Shown piece by piece: positions 1 to 12,210 of a DNA stretch of 64,000 nt. The notes under the pieces are model-generated. The model made no database searches, was not told the origin of the DNA, and worked only from the letters and a program-made list of their open reading frames with translations. The translations under genes were made by a program, and so were the position numbers. The stretch comes from Camelus dromedarius. Its lineage: Eukaryota. Every line of letters begins with the position of its first letter. The stretch's first letter is position 1. The DNA lies in NCBI RefSeq assembly GCF_036321535.1, contig NC_087437.1:10232001-10296000 (forward strand), given 5' to 3'.

Positions 1-630
1 CATACATGGATGTTTACAGCAGCTCTATTTATTCATAAGTGCCAAAACGTGGAAACAACCGAGACTTCTTTCAGTAGGAGGATGGATAAGTAAACTGTGG
101 AACATGAACACAATGGAATATTACTCAGTGCTGGAAAGAAATGAGCTATCCATCCATGAAAAGTCATGGAAGAAACTTACATGCACATTACTAAGTGAAT
201 GAAGCCAATCTGAAAAGGCTGCATACTGCATGATTCCAGCTATATGACATTCTGGAAAAGGCCAAACTATTGAGACAGTGAAGTATCAGTGGCTGCCAGG
301 GGTTTGGTGAGGGGAAGGTTGAAAAGGCAGAGCACAGAGGATGTGTAGGGCAGTGAAACTATCCTGTGTGCTCCTACAATGGTGGATATATGCCATTAGA
401 CATTTGTCCAAACACCTAGAACAAAAACACTAAGAAAGAACCCTCATGTAAACTATGGACGTTGGGTGCTGAGATGTGTCAGTGGAGCGTCATCATTTGT
501 AACAAATGCACCCTCTGGTGTTGGTGGTGGAGGAGGCTGTGCACATGTAGGAGACAGGGGCATAGGGGAACTCTCTGTCCTTTCTGCTCCGTTTTGCTGT
601 GAACCTAAAACTGCTCTAAAAACTAAAGTT
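1..630 (+). mobile_element. Old L1 3' end (L1MC/L1MB-like), truncated by window start
   Basis: L1 ORF2-end/3'UTR motifs (caatggaatattactcag, gaagccaatctgaaaaggctgcatactg) ending in aacctaaaactgctctaaaa. Confidence 0.85.
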
Positions 631-1339
631 TGTTGTTGTTGTTGTTTTTTAACAAAAGAGAAGATTCAGGTTAATAGGTATTCTTGGGTGGTAAGACATG
701 ATATCATAAAGAGGTCATTGCCCCCAGCGTGAATTTATGAGTTTCGCACAATCTCAGTCTAAACTCCCATGAAATGTTATTTTGAACTTTGACAAAATGA
801 CTTTAAGTTGATCTTAAAGAGGAAGCAATTAACCTGAGGTCTTAATCAAAGAGTCAGAGGCCAAAGGAAATGATCAATACTGTAGGAGTAACGTGAGGAC
901 TGAAGGAATGCCAAGGGAGGAGACTCAAAATGTCTGGATTGGAGGAAGGTCACATATTTAATGTGAGCTATTCTAACCATCATTCGGCTCAGAATATTAC
1001 TGCTCTTGATGCTATTCTCCTCAAGGCAGAAAAAGAGAATTAGCCTGATCTGACGTGAAATATCTGGGACTAACATATTCCGGTAGGAAACGAAAGGAAG
1101 GAAAGGGTTTGGGAACCAGAGGGATTGTTTTAGGACAAAAGAGATTTAAAAAAAATATATATTTGTGAGCTTTGTGAATGAGTCTGTGGAGAGAGGGAGA
1201 AATGATGGTAGGAGAGAGGAAGAAGGCACTTTCTGGAGCCTTTTCCTTGAGTAGATTATAGGACTGGAGCATAAAGAGCGTGCATACAGGGCGGAGGACT
1301 GGTCCTGCTCTGAACAAGGGGGTGGCCTATCGGGGCACA

Positions 1340-1470
1340 GACACCAGTCGGGAGGCCAACAGTCACATCTGGTGGATCAGCGTCTGTGGGACTGAGGCCC
1401 AGCAACTGCATTCTAACAAGCTCTCTAGATGATCCTTCTTCTGGAGAAGAGTTTAAAACCACCGATCTGG
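1340..1470. mobile_element. hAT-Charlie MER5A-like fragment
   Basis: gaggcccagcaactgcattctaacaagctctctagatgat...agtttaaaaccac resembles MER5A. Confidence 0.6.
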
Positions 1471-1863
1471 ACAGCACAGCCATGTGATACATGGAGAAGC
1501 TGAGGCTCAAAGGAACAGAAATCATGGCCCGTGGTCAAACAGCCCTACTGCAGCATCACCAGAACCAGCTTGTAGCCTTCTCCGTTTTCACTATACTAAA
1601 TGAATCAGTAAAGTAAAAGCAAGCTTCATACAGAGTTATTAAAGGTTATTCCATAACCACTCAGCCACTTAGATGTAATAAGGACAATCTAAATTAAATT
1701 TTACAGCTTTTACAGTTCACCGTAAAATATGACACTAAGTTAATGACATTAAAACCTAAACTGATGAAGAGTTACTTGGCTTGGAAACTCTCAAACCCCA
1801 AAAACATGAATGTGAAGAGTCCCCTATTATAGACAAATAATTCCATTTAAGATTTCCATTTAG

Positions 1864-2036
1864 GACCTACTGTCTAGCACAGGGAACTATATCTAATTTC
1901 TTGTAATAACAGATAATGGAAAAGACTCTGAAAAGAAAAAAAAATATATATATATATATGTATAGGTATAACTGAATCACTTTACTGCACACCTGAAACT
2001 AACGCTGTAAATCAACTACACTTCAATTAAAAAAAA
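1864..2036 (+). mobile_element. Short 5'-truncated L1 3' end with A-tail
   Basis: 15-bp TSD aagatttccatttag at 1849-1863 and 2037-2051; L1 terminal motif gtaaatcaactacacttcaattaaaaa. Confidence 0.9.
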
Positions 2037-2526
2037 AAGATTTCCATTTAGCATAAGCCATGTCTTTACTTGAAAAAAAGTCCTGCTTCGCCATTTATGA
2101 AAACTTGCTGATTGATTGAGGATACAATTTTATAGTTAGGGACAAAAGACCTTCCCTGAGACGTAGATTAAATTAGCGACTTTATTGCCTTACCAGTTCC
2201 AAATTAAGTTCACTCAGAAGAATGACCCCTTCAGGAGTAACGGAGTCCTCACACTTTTAATGAAGACTCCCCTTAAATGCACGGCCTGGAAAGCCTTCTC
2301 GTAGTAATATTTTCTAGTCAGAAATCTGGACTAGATTCTTCCACGCACCATCACCTTCTCAAAAGGGTCACAGAGAAAGGTGAACAATGTTAGTATTGAG
2401 AGAGAAAAAGTAGAAAGACACATAAAGTGGAGCCCACATCGCTGAAGACGCTTAGTATGCGGTATCTGGGAACAAGGCTACCCGTTCACCGGGCTGCAAA
2501 GTCAGTCTGTGGGTGCGAGAGCTGGT

Positions 2527-2530
<4 letters not shown>

Positions 2531-2574
<44 letters not shown>
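2531..2574. repeat. (GT)22 microsatellite
   Basis: Direct read. Confidence 0.98.
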
Positions 2575-2577
<3 letters not shown>

Positions 2578-2989
2578 GGTTAGTGATGAGACAGCCAAAA
2601 GTTACATCATGGAAAACTACCCTCCACTATTAAAAATGTAAATAAATAAAAACCACACAACCATTCGGGAATCAATTACTAACATAATTCACATTTCACA
2701 CCAAGCTGTCAGTTAGTAATGAGTTTTAACAGAAAACTCTCTGTTGGTTTCAACCCTACATTATATGAAAAACTCGATTACCAGGCCCTGAGCTATGCAA
2801 ATTCATTTTATTCCTTTAGTGACTAAAAGTGTGTTTAAAAGAATGAGGAGTGTAGAATAAAGAACAGAGTCCAAGAAGCATTCAAGAAAAATTTTTTAAA
2901 AAGCCAGCAGCAGCAGAAGTTATGAACAAGCAGAAAGCAGCCAGCGATATAATACAAAAAACAAAGCAGAGACATCGAGCAGAATGGTC

Positions 2990-3315
2990 CTTTTTTTCCC
3001 CAGAGCCACTGGCAAAGTATTAAAGAATTGCTCTCAGCAGAAGAGGAGGGATGGCGTCCAGAAGGTTATGTAAATCTCACCCCCCAGGGTAGCCCAGGCC
3101 TTGGAATAACGTGGAGATGCAAAGAACTAGGCCCCTTAACTTCAGGTGCAATTTGCGCCACGTGGGAAGATGCTGAAGCTCGTCCCCAGCCGAGGAGCTC
3201 CGGCTTGCTTCCCTCCTTCCCTCACTCCCCTTCCCCAGAGAGCACGCCTCCAAAACTCACCTGCACAAGAACCCCCACTTCTGGCGCTGCTCCTGGGTCA
3301 CCTCACTTCAGACCC
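2990..3315 (+). mobile_element. ERVL LTR16-like solo LTR
   Basis: 3' motifs cttgcttccctccttccctcac...gagcacgcctccaaaactcacctgcacaagaacccc. Confidence 0.55.
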
Positions 3316-3634
3316 GCTGAGTTTCTTCTGGGTCCCAGACCCAGTGCCAGGCCCCAGCAGTGGGGAGACCACAGAAGCTCAGCTCTTCCACCTAGAACGT
3401 CTAAGTTTGGTAGGAGACGGGAGACAGACGATTACACAAATACTTAACATCCAGAAAGTATTTTATGAAAATGTCCACTGCCTCAATGAAGGGAAATGAC
3501 AGCTATCAATGAGAGCTCACCTTCGGAAAACTACAAAACTCTGAGTCAGCTATGAGAGTCCAGATGGGTGATTAAATAGTACATACTTAGCACTGATGAC
3601 GTTGGCTCACGGCCGCTGAGGAACAAAGAATTAC

Positions 3635-3748
3635 CTTCTGTTCTTCCTTTACGTACCATCTATTGAAGATAAGCCCAGGTTTCTAAACCCAATTCAGGGT
3701 GTCACTTCATTTCCTTCACAATACAGACTTTCTTCCTTTTCTGTCAGT
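3635..3748 (-). other. Candidate spliced exon (114 nt, mostly UTR-like)
   Basis: Minus strand tatttatttag| ... cagaag|gtaatt; ATG at 3659-3657 near the 3' end; alternative donor ATG|gtacgt. Confidence 0.25.
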
Positions 3749-4699
3749 CTAAATAAATACAGTTTCAATGAGAGACCCAAATAATCTCTGCCCAATGCAT
3801 TACATAGCTGCCGGAATTCAGTCAGTAAATACATGAGAAGAGAAGTCAGGTGTACGCACCCCGGGAAAATATGTAGTATTGAAACCACGTGTTTTTAGAA
3901 ACTTCTACAACTTCAGTGGTTCCCCTACAACTTTTACACCCATAAGAGAGTTTAAGGACGTAAGAACATCTCTGCAAAACTAAAACCCAAGGGGTGCAAA
4001 GTTGCAGTAGAGTTTTAAGGAAGCTAGCATTCCCTGGCTAATGGGGTCAGTAACCATGATGATTAAATAAAACTATTTCCTTAACACCTACAAATTCTTT
4101 TTAATTAGGTGAGAAAAGGCAGCCTGGCCACTCCTCTAGAATCAGAGCCGATATATATGTGAGTCCAAAGAGTTTAATTTTACAGGAGAAAATGAAACAC
4201 AGATACATGTGAACGTGGCTACAGTAAAAGAGCTCCCGTGAAATTGCCAGGGGATTCGTTTCCAGTGTCCTCAAGCAGTAATAGACTCTTCTCCACTCTG
4301 CATCTTTCAGGAGACACGGTTTACTGTCTACACCTCTGAGACTTCCTCTGATGAAACTGTTCTGTCTGTGAAAATCTTCCCAAAGGAGTTCACCACTACT
4401 GATCTCCTTTCGCAGGAAAATTTCTCAGAAACAGCACTGGAATCATGCCCAAGGGGAAGATTTTCAAGCTACTGCTTGTGTTTATCAAGGCAGATCACTC
4501 TCAGAGTAGAGATGTTAAAGGCTTTTAAAACACAGAGGTTAGTCTTGCTTTTATCTGCTTATTCATATTAGTACTGCTGGACCCTCATTTTTCTTCACAG
4601 TACCCAGATCAACTGAGTGTAAGCTAGGCTTTCTAGAAGGCTTTCTAGAAGGGAGACAGGATGAAGGAAGATGATCTGTATGATGGTGATGCTGAGGAA

Positions 4700-4915
4700 C
4701 ACAGCATCATGGGCTCTGCAGTCCAACAGGACTGGGACCAAGCCCAGTTCTCCCACTTGCTAGCCGAGTGAACTTGAACAAGTTGCTTACTTTCTCTGTG
4801 CCTCAGTTTCCTCACTTGTAAAATGGGATTAGTCACAGGCCTATTCACAGGTGGGTGGTGATGATTAAGCACGATCTTGAAAGCACAGTGATCATCGCGT
4901 AAGAGGTACTCGACA
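4700..4915 (+). mobile_element. MIR SINE
   Basis: Core acttgaacaagttgcttactttctctgtgcctcagtttcctcacttgtaaaatggg. Confidence 0.85.
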
Positions 4916-5085
4916 GCCTCCTTTCTTTAACAGACATTTATTGAGTACTCGCGCTATGTCAAGCATTACACTTTTCCTGCACGTATGAAGTCAACCTTCT
5001 AGTAGAACATTATGGCGAGATGATGATGCTGGTGATTATTACAGTGGGGTAGCCATGGTGATGAAGGTATGAAACAGGGCACAAA

Positions 5086-5803
5086 GGAACCCTCCTACAT
5101 TGTTGATAGGAATGTGAATTGGTGCAGCCACTATGGAGGTTCCCTAAAAAACTAAAAATAGACTTACTAAATGATCCAGCAATCCCACTCCTGGGCATAT
5201 ATCTGGAGAAAACTGTAATTCAAAAGGACACATGCACCCCAGTGTTCATAGCAGCACTATTTACAATAGCCAAGAATTGGAAGCAAACTGAATGTCCATC
5301 GACAGATGATTAGATAAGGAAGATATATATATACAATGGACTACTACTCAGCCATAAAAAAGAATGAAATAATGCCATTTGCAGCAACATGGATGGACCT
5401 AGAGATGATCATATTAAGTGAAGTAAGTCAGACAAAGAAAGACAAGGAGCATATGATATCACTTACAGGTGGAATCTAAAAAATGATACAAATTTTATTT
5501 ACAAACCAAAAATAGACTCACATAGAAAATAAACTATGGCTCCCAAAGGGGAAAGGCTGAGGAGGGATAAATTAAGAGTTTGGGATTAACAGAAACACAT
5601 TACTATATATAAAATAGATAAACAACAAGGACCTACTGTATAATACAGGAAACTATATTCAATTTCTTATAATAACATATAAGGGGAAAAGAATCTGAAA
5701 ATATATATGTATGTATGTGTATAACTGAATTGCTTTGTTGTACATCTGAAACTAACATTATAAGTCAACTATATTTGAAAAAAAATTTTTTTAAAAAGGA
5801 AGA
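5086..5803 (+). mobile_element. L1 3' end (ORF2 C-terminus plus 3'UTR)
   Basis: ORF 5119-5313 (PAIPLLGIY...[14 protein letters not shown]) matches L1 ORF2 C-terminus; TSD aaacag(g/a)gcacaaa at 5072-5085 and 5804-5817. Confidence 0.92.
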
Positions 5804-6279
5804 AAACAGAGCACAAATAGGAAATCAATAGGTATCCTTAAATAATCATAGTGATTTACTCAAAGTTTCACCTCAAATACTCTTAAAAGTCAGGCAGTGT
5901 TGTCATTGAGATTTAACTAGCTCACTCTTTGGGTTGAGACTGAGCTGAATTTGATCCCTTGTTCTATAGCCACAATGGTCCTGCTAAGCTAATCAATGCT
6001 ACAAACTAGATGGGAGGGGAATTTGCCTGCTTCAGAGAACAGTTATTTCCAAGCTCTTCACCAATAATTTTCAAACAAGCATCCTAATTGCAAAGTAAGC
6101 AGAAGCCAGCATTGCTAAGCCTGGCTTTGTAGTAATTACCGCTCGCCCTTATCCTCTCATTAATGCTGATCCTGGAGCTGGCAAAAGCCCACTCAGCCTC
6201 ATCCCAGTTACTGTGCTCAAATGCAATGGAGCAAAATGCAATAAAAGATTATATAACACACTAATTCAAAACTCTGGGA

Positions 6280-6510
6280 CAATGCAGTAGTTAAGACCAC
6301 TACCACTGGAGTCCACCTACAGGAACTCAAGTCCAACTTGAGTCCATCTTGTCCTGCACAAACTCAGTTAGCTTATTTCATTTTCTTGAGCCTGCAATTT
6401 ATCCCCTGTAAATGTGGATAATGATAGTTCCTAACTAGTAGAGTTATGATCAGGCTTAAAGAGATAATCTATGAAAATCGTTTAGCATAGAGTAAACCCA
6501 CAATAAGCTC
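6280..6510 (+). mobile_element. MIR SINE
   Basis: ttgagcctgcaatttatcccctgtaaatgtggataatgatagttcctaac...gagttatgatcaggcttaaagagataat. Confidence 0.7.
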
Positions 6511-6516
6511 TGTGTC

Positions 6517-6521
<5 letters not shown>

Positions 6522-6566
<45 letters not shown>
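6522..6566. repeat. (GT)n microsatellite abutting L1
   Basis: Direct read. Confidence 0.97.
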
Positions 6567-6567
<1 letters not shown>

Positions 6568-7058
6568 TGGAATACTACTCAGCCATAAAAAAGAATAAAA
6601 TAATGTCATTTGCAGCAACATGGATGGACCTGAAGATTGTCATTTGAAGTGAAGTAAGCCAGAAAGAGAAAGGAAAACATGTGATATAACTTACATGTGG
6701 GATCTAAAAAAATGACACAATTAGACTTATTTACAGAACAGAAACAGACCCACAGACATAGAAAACAAACTTGTGGTTACCAGTGGGGAAAGTGGGTGGG
6801 AAGGGATAAACTGGGAGCTTGAGATTTGCAGATACTAACTACTATTTATAAAATAAATAGCTAGGTCCTACTGTACATCACAGGGAACTATATTCAATAT
6901 CTTGTAATAATCCATAATGAAAAAGAATATGAAAAGGGATACATGTATGTATATGTGTGACTGAAACATTATGCTGTACACCAGAAATTGATGCAACACT
7001 GTAAACTGACTACATGCCAAATAAATAAATAAATACATAAATAAATTTTTAAAAGAAA
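6567..7058 (+). mobile_element. L1 3' end
   Basis: atggaatactactcagccataaaaaagaat...tttgcagcaacatggatggacc; (AAAT)n tail. Confidence 0.9.
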
Positions 7059-7679
7059 ATCTAGTTGCTCCCTTTTTTTTAAGCATGATCATCAACATTC
7101 AAACCATCAAATAGGATCATTGAGACCATAGTGCATCAGGAAAGACCCACAGTTTGACAGAAAAGTGAAAAAGGAACCTCCAGATTTTCAGAAGGAGAAA
7201 AAGTGGACAAAATTAGAAAGAAATCTCCACGTTCAATCACCCTTTTGAAAGTTGCACTAACAGACTCGAAGTCTCATAATATCCCAACAAATATGTAAAC
7301 ATCTAAAGGCAAATTATAACGTTCCCTTGTATCAGCAACCTCCATGTTAAAATGAATTAATGTAATACCAAAAAGAATTATTTGCATCTTGCTTGCCAAA
7401 AGGCACATTTTTTTAACTTATTTATTTGGTCAAGAGAGGGAGGGGGGAAAGAGCTGCATTTCTCAAAGTCAGGTTTATTGATCGCCCTCTAAGTGCATTA
7501 TCCAGCTAAGATGTGTAGTCACCAGCTGCTTCGTACTAGCTGACTCTGCAAGCAAGCCCAGACCCAAGGGAATTCGTTTTCACCTTAGAAAGTCAACTTT
7601 CAAAGTCAAGGTAACTTTGTTAAGCTTTCATAATGTATTCCCCTTCAACTAAATCCACGGTATCAGGATATTAACTTAC

Positions 7680-8560
7680 CAGTGGGGAGAAAAAAACTGA
7701 AGTTACTTTTCTAAATTTTTGAAATTATCTACTGCTAAAACATGTTTCTTAGCTTCAGTGTTTTTCTTTCAACCATTCCAGATCAGGAAAACCTCCAGAT
7801 TCATTTCGAGATGACAAGACTGTAATTACATGCAGAGTCCTCTAATGCAGTCATATTTCATCTTTTTAAGCAGAAAATATTTTCACATTTCTGAACCAAA
7901 TTTTGAAAAAGCCACCACACAGCATTTTGTTTTGTACTCCTCACTTGAAGTCCCAGTTGGATGTGGAGAGTTCCTCCGTTACAAAGAGTCGTTTTTTGTT
8001 TTTTGTTTTTTTTTTTCCCTCCAGGAGAATATTCTATCTGCTTTTCACCCACTATCTTCTCCCAAGTGGAGTCATCCTTCTCCTTGGAGCAGCACTTTGA
8101 ACACTTGAAAAATGTCGTTTCATGTTGTTCTTTTTAAAATGATTTGGGACCTGGGCGGCTTCACTCCAGTGCTTGACAAATAATCATCCCTGATTGAGAA
8201 CTAGGAGAAAGCTTCCCGTAAAACGGATTTAAAATGCGAGGCTGCGGCACCAAGAGCTATAGAGTAGCAGCTGTTTCATGAAGAGGCACCTAAGAGTAAA
8301 CCCACGGAAGTCAGGATACTTAGCCCCCGGTGATCCTCTTTTCCTCCAAATCAGGAGAGCAGGAAAACTTCAAAAAAGCAAGAAACCTGGTCTTCGGGCT
8401 TCGCAGCAAGTACAAAGAAGCACCTAATTCACCGTGACCTGTTTCTCTTGATGCAAGCTGCTCATCTCACAGTCATGGCTGAAAGGAGACTCACTTTCGC
8501 CCAGAGCAGAAGTTCAGAGACTTCACTTCCAGCTAAGCAATCAAAAGGGCAGGATTCAAG
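7680..8560 (-). promoter_or_regulatory. Repeat-free candidate promoter / first exon ending at a strong minus-strand donor
   Basis: CTG|GTAAGT donor at 7680/7679; ETS-like CGGAAGT at 8305-8311; scattered CpGs; no recognisable TE. Confidence 0.3.
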
Positions 8561-8752
8561 ATGATTAATATGAGGAATTTAACATAAACAGGAAGAAATC
8601 CTGAGGCAGGAGGGGAAAAAAACCTCCTCCACACCCATTTAAAAAATGAAAAAAAAAATCATTTGTATATTTATAATTTTTTTCAAAAAAAGATAATTCA
8701 GTTCTTTGAATGAGCAACCACAATTCTATAAATAATCAAAATAATGTATTGT

Positions 8753-9280
8753 CCTTCTGGGTATATATCCTGAGGGAACTCAAATGCAAAAACATACAGG
8801 CACCCCAATGTTCATAGCAGCCCTATATACAATAGCCAAGACATGAAAACCGTCTAAATGTCCATGGACAGACGACTGGATAAAGAAGTTGTATATTTAC
8901 ACAATGGAATACTACTCAGCCATAAAAAGAATAAAATAATGCCATTTACAGCAACATGGATGAAACTGGAGAATGTCATTCTAAGTGAAGTAAGCCAGAA
9001 AGAGAAAGAAAAATACCATATGATATCACTCATATGTGAAATCTAAAAAAAAAAAAAAAGGACACTATGAATTCACCTATAAAACAGAAACACTCATAGA
9101 CATAGTGAACAATCTATGGTTACCAGGGAAAGGGGGTGGGAAGGGATAAATTTGGGAGTTTGAGATTTACAAATGTTAGCCACTATATATAAAAATAGAT
9201 TTTTAAAAAGTTTCTTCTGTATAGCACAGGGAACTATGTTCAACATCTTGTAATAACCTCTAGTGGAAAAAATACATAAA
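8753..9280 (+). mobile_element. L1 3' fragment lacking the terminal ~100 nt
   Basis: TSD caaaataatgt(a/g)ttgt at 8737-8752 and 9281-9296; L1 3' motifs. Confidence 0.9.
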
Positions 9281-9419
9281 CAAAATAATGTGTTGTGACT
9301 CAAAGTAGACAGAAAAGGCATTGCTCTCACACCTGTAAATATAGTAAGAGTGCTTTATATTTTTAATGACACTTGTCATGATTTTATGAAATGCCCTTAG
9401 TTTATCAGAATCATATGGA

Positions 9420-9462
9420 ATGTGTGTGTGTGAGTGTGTGTGTTTGTGTGTGTGAGTGTGTG
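9420..9462. repeat. Imperfect (TG)n
   Basis: Direct read. Confidence 0.9.
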
Positions 9463-10137
9463 CATGTATTCCCAGTCTCCATACTAACCCATCTCAGAAC
9501 CCTCAGGTTGCTGACCAAAATCTGTATCTCTTTAAGTTCTTCAGATGATTCCAGTTTGAGGACATCTAGTTGAAAGTATATAACCGAAAGACTGAATCTT
9601 TCACGCTGTCATGTCTTGACTCCTTCTGACTCCTTCATGCACCACAGATCTGGGAATACTGACTCATCCCATTAATGGGACTATCAAATATATTGCTCTG
9701 AATAGGTCTTGGGCAAAAGAATCTCTTGATCCAGTGTAATACATTTCTAAGGTCCATGTAACTCTCAATAGGTGTGCTTTTCTAACAAGAAAATACTGGC
9801 ATTCTGCTATTCGAGTGTCCCTGTTTGGCTGTAATTTACTGGTACTGTGCTATAGTTTTGTCATCCCAACAGGGATTCTTCAAGCTTGCGAGAGCACAGT
9901 AACATGTAAAGGCAAAGCTAGCTTAAAAATAATAAAAACCACATTCTGAGGTAAAAGATGAGTGGTGGGGTGGATGAGACATAGATTTTAAGGTCACAAT
10001 AAGCAGGTAAACACTTCCTACCCCCAACAAGAAGAAAGAGAAAGGAAACCCCAAATTAGCATTTATTATCATTACTATGTGCCAGAGCCTAATTTTATAA
10101 CATCATGTGCATTTATCCTTGACTCTAGCCCAGTACT

Positions 10138-10276
10138 ATTTTTTTTAATTGAAATACAGTCAATTACAATGTGTCAATCTCTGGTGTACAGCACAATGTC
10201 CCAGATATGCATGTACAGACATATATTCGTTTTCGTATTTTTTCCATTAAAGGTTATTACAAGACATTGAACATAG
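10138..10276 (-). mobile_element. Short L1 3' end
   Basis: T-tract followed by aattgaaatacagtcaattacaatgtgtcaatctctggtgtacagca. Confidence 0.85.
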
Positions 10277-11084
10277 TATTAACTCCACCGTCTTTCTCAG
10301 ATTGTTAAAAGACAAAGATGTCCACAAGAGGTTTGAATAAGGTGCTTTACAAAGACCAGCTAATAATAAGCATTCCAGCTCATCCTTTGCACACAACCAG
10401 ACAGCACTGGTCTTGCCATTCCTCTCTGGGAATAATGGATAAAACAGCCAACTGTGCTCTTCCCAGAGGCACTTTCTATATCCATGGGCATGATCCAAGA
10501 AATTGGATTTGTTTTTACCTGCAACATTCAGACTATCTCTTGTAGTCCTGGGAGACTACTTCTGGTAGTAAAGTTGGCAGGAAAAGAGATTTTTTCAAAA
10601 GAAAAGATCCTACCTGAATACTTTGGAGAACACTGAAAAGAAAACAGGAGAAGCTTTCCATTCCCCATGGATCAGAATGACTTTCCATCCAAACCCTCAA
10701 TAGGAAGTGGGAAAAGGAGAAAATTTGCAGGATAACTTGATCCAAAAAAGATCTTTTATCATATTTCTTGTTTAACTCAGTTTATCCCCAAATGTATGGT
10801 TTTCTACTTTTTAAAAACAGATGCATGCATTTTCAGTAACTTCCTTATCTGAATTATATTAATTTTTCCCATCACTTGGCAGATATCCTAGGTTAAATAT
10901 CTGAGATTTTAAGGAGCCAGAAAAATCAATAGCTTCAAAGAATCCATACCTAAGAAATGCTCATGTCACAGAAAAGCAATATTTAGATGTCTGTACTCCC
11001 CATAGCTGTCAGCACATCTAAATGGTTCACCAACATAATAAAGTATGTACTTTAATGAAATTTTCAAAATAGTTCCATTAACAT

Positions 11085-12030
11085 AGTAACACAGACATAC
11101 TAAACAAACTTATTGTTACCAGGGAAGAAAAGGAGTGGGAAGAGATAAATGGGGAGTTCAACATTTGCAGATACTAACTACTATATACAAAATAGATTAA
11201 CAACAAGTTAAGACAAGGAATAGACTTACCATATGACCCGGGAATCCTGCTCCTGGGCTTATACCCAGAAGGAACCCTACTTCAGGATGACACCTGCACC
11301 CCAATGTTCATAGCAGCACTATTTACAAAACAGCCAAGACATGGAAACAGTCTAAATGTCCATCAACGGATGACTGGATAAAGAATAGATGGTATATTTA
11401 TACAGTGGAATACTATTCAGCCTTAAAAACTGACAACATAACACCATTTGCAGCAATATGGTTGCTCCTAGAGAATGTCATTCTAAGTGGAGTAAGTCAG
11501 AAAGAGAAAGAAAAATACCATATGAGATCGCTCATATGTGGAATCTAAAAAACAAAAACAAAAACGAAAGCATAAATACAAAACAGAAATAGACTCATAG
11601 ACATAGAATACAAACTTGTGGTTGCCAAGGGGGTGGAGGGTGGGAAGGGATAGACGGGATTTTAAAATTGTATAATAGATAAACAAGATTATACTGTATA
11701 GCACAGGGAAATATACACAAGATCTTGCAGTAGCTCACAGAGAAAAAAATGTGACAATGAATATATATATGTTCATGTATAACTGAAAAATTGTGCTCTA
11801 CACTGGAATTTGACACAACATTGTAAAATGATTATAAATCAATAAAAATGTTAAAAAAACAACAAGTTAATAGCACAAGGAACCATATTCACTATCTTGT
11901 AGTAACCTATAACAAAAAAGGATATGAAAATGAATATATGTATGTGTATGTATGACTGAACTATTATGCTGTATACCAGAAATTGACACATTGTAACTGA
12001 CTGTACATCAATAAATCAATCAATGAATAA
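11085..12030 (+). mobile_element. Outer L1 3' end, interrupted by a nested L1
   Basis: L1 3'UTR stops at 11211 and resumes at 11871 (tagcacaaggaaccatattc). Confidence 0.85.
11212..11857 (+). mobile_element. Younger L1 3' end nested in L1
   Basis: Perfect 13-bp TSD aacaacaagttaa at 11199-11211 and 11858-11870. Confidence 0.92.
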
Positions 12031-12039
12031 AATAATTAT

Positions 12040-12210
12040 TAATGAGATACTTGACATTTTTTATGCTAAGTCATTGAAATCCCAGGAAATCTCAATTTGC
12101 ACTCGCCACATTTCAAGTGCTCAGGAGGACATGAGGCTATTGGTTACCATAATGAACAGCACAGATGCACAACATTTCCATCATTTCAGAAAGTTCTACT
12201 GGATGATGTG
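12040..12210 (+). mobile_element. hAT-Charlie MER3/MER33-like
   Basis: cacatttcaagtgctc...aacatttccatcatttcagaaagttctactggat. Confidence 0.75.

Noticed and set aside
979..1020. 42-nt minus-strand exon candidate (ENSIKSSNILSRMM)
   Set aside because: Weak GAG acceptor and weak gttaga donor; peptide not recognised
2194..2285. Minus-strand exon candidate (ttccag|...ctg|gtaagg)
   Set aside because: Stops in all three frames and a short pyrimidine tract; compatible with chance
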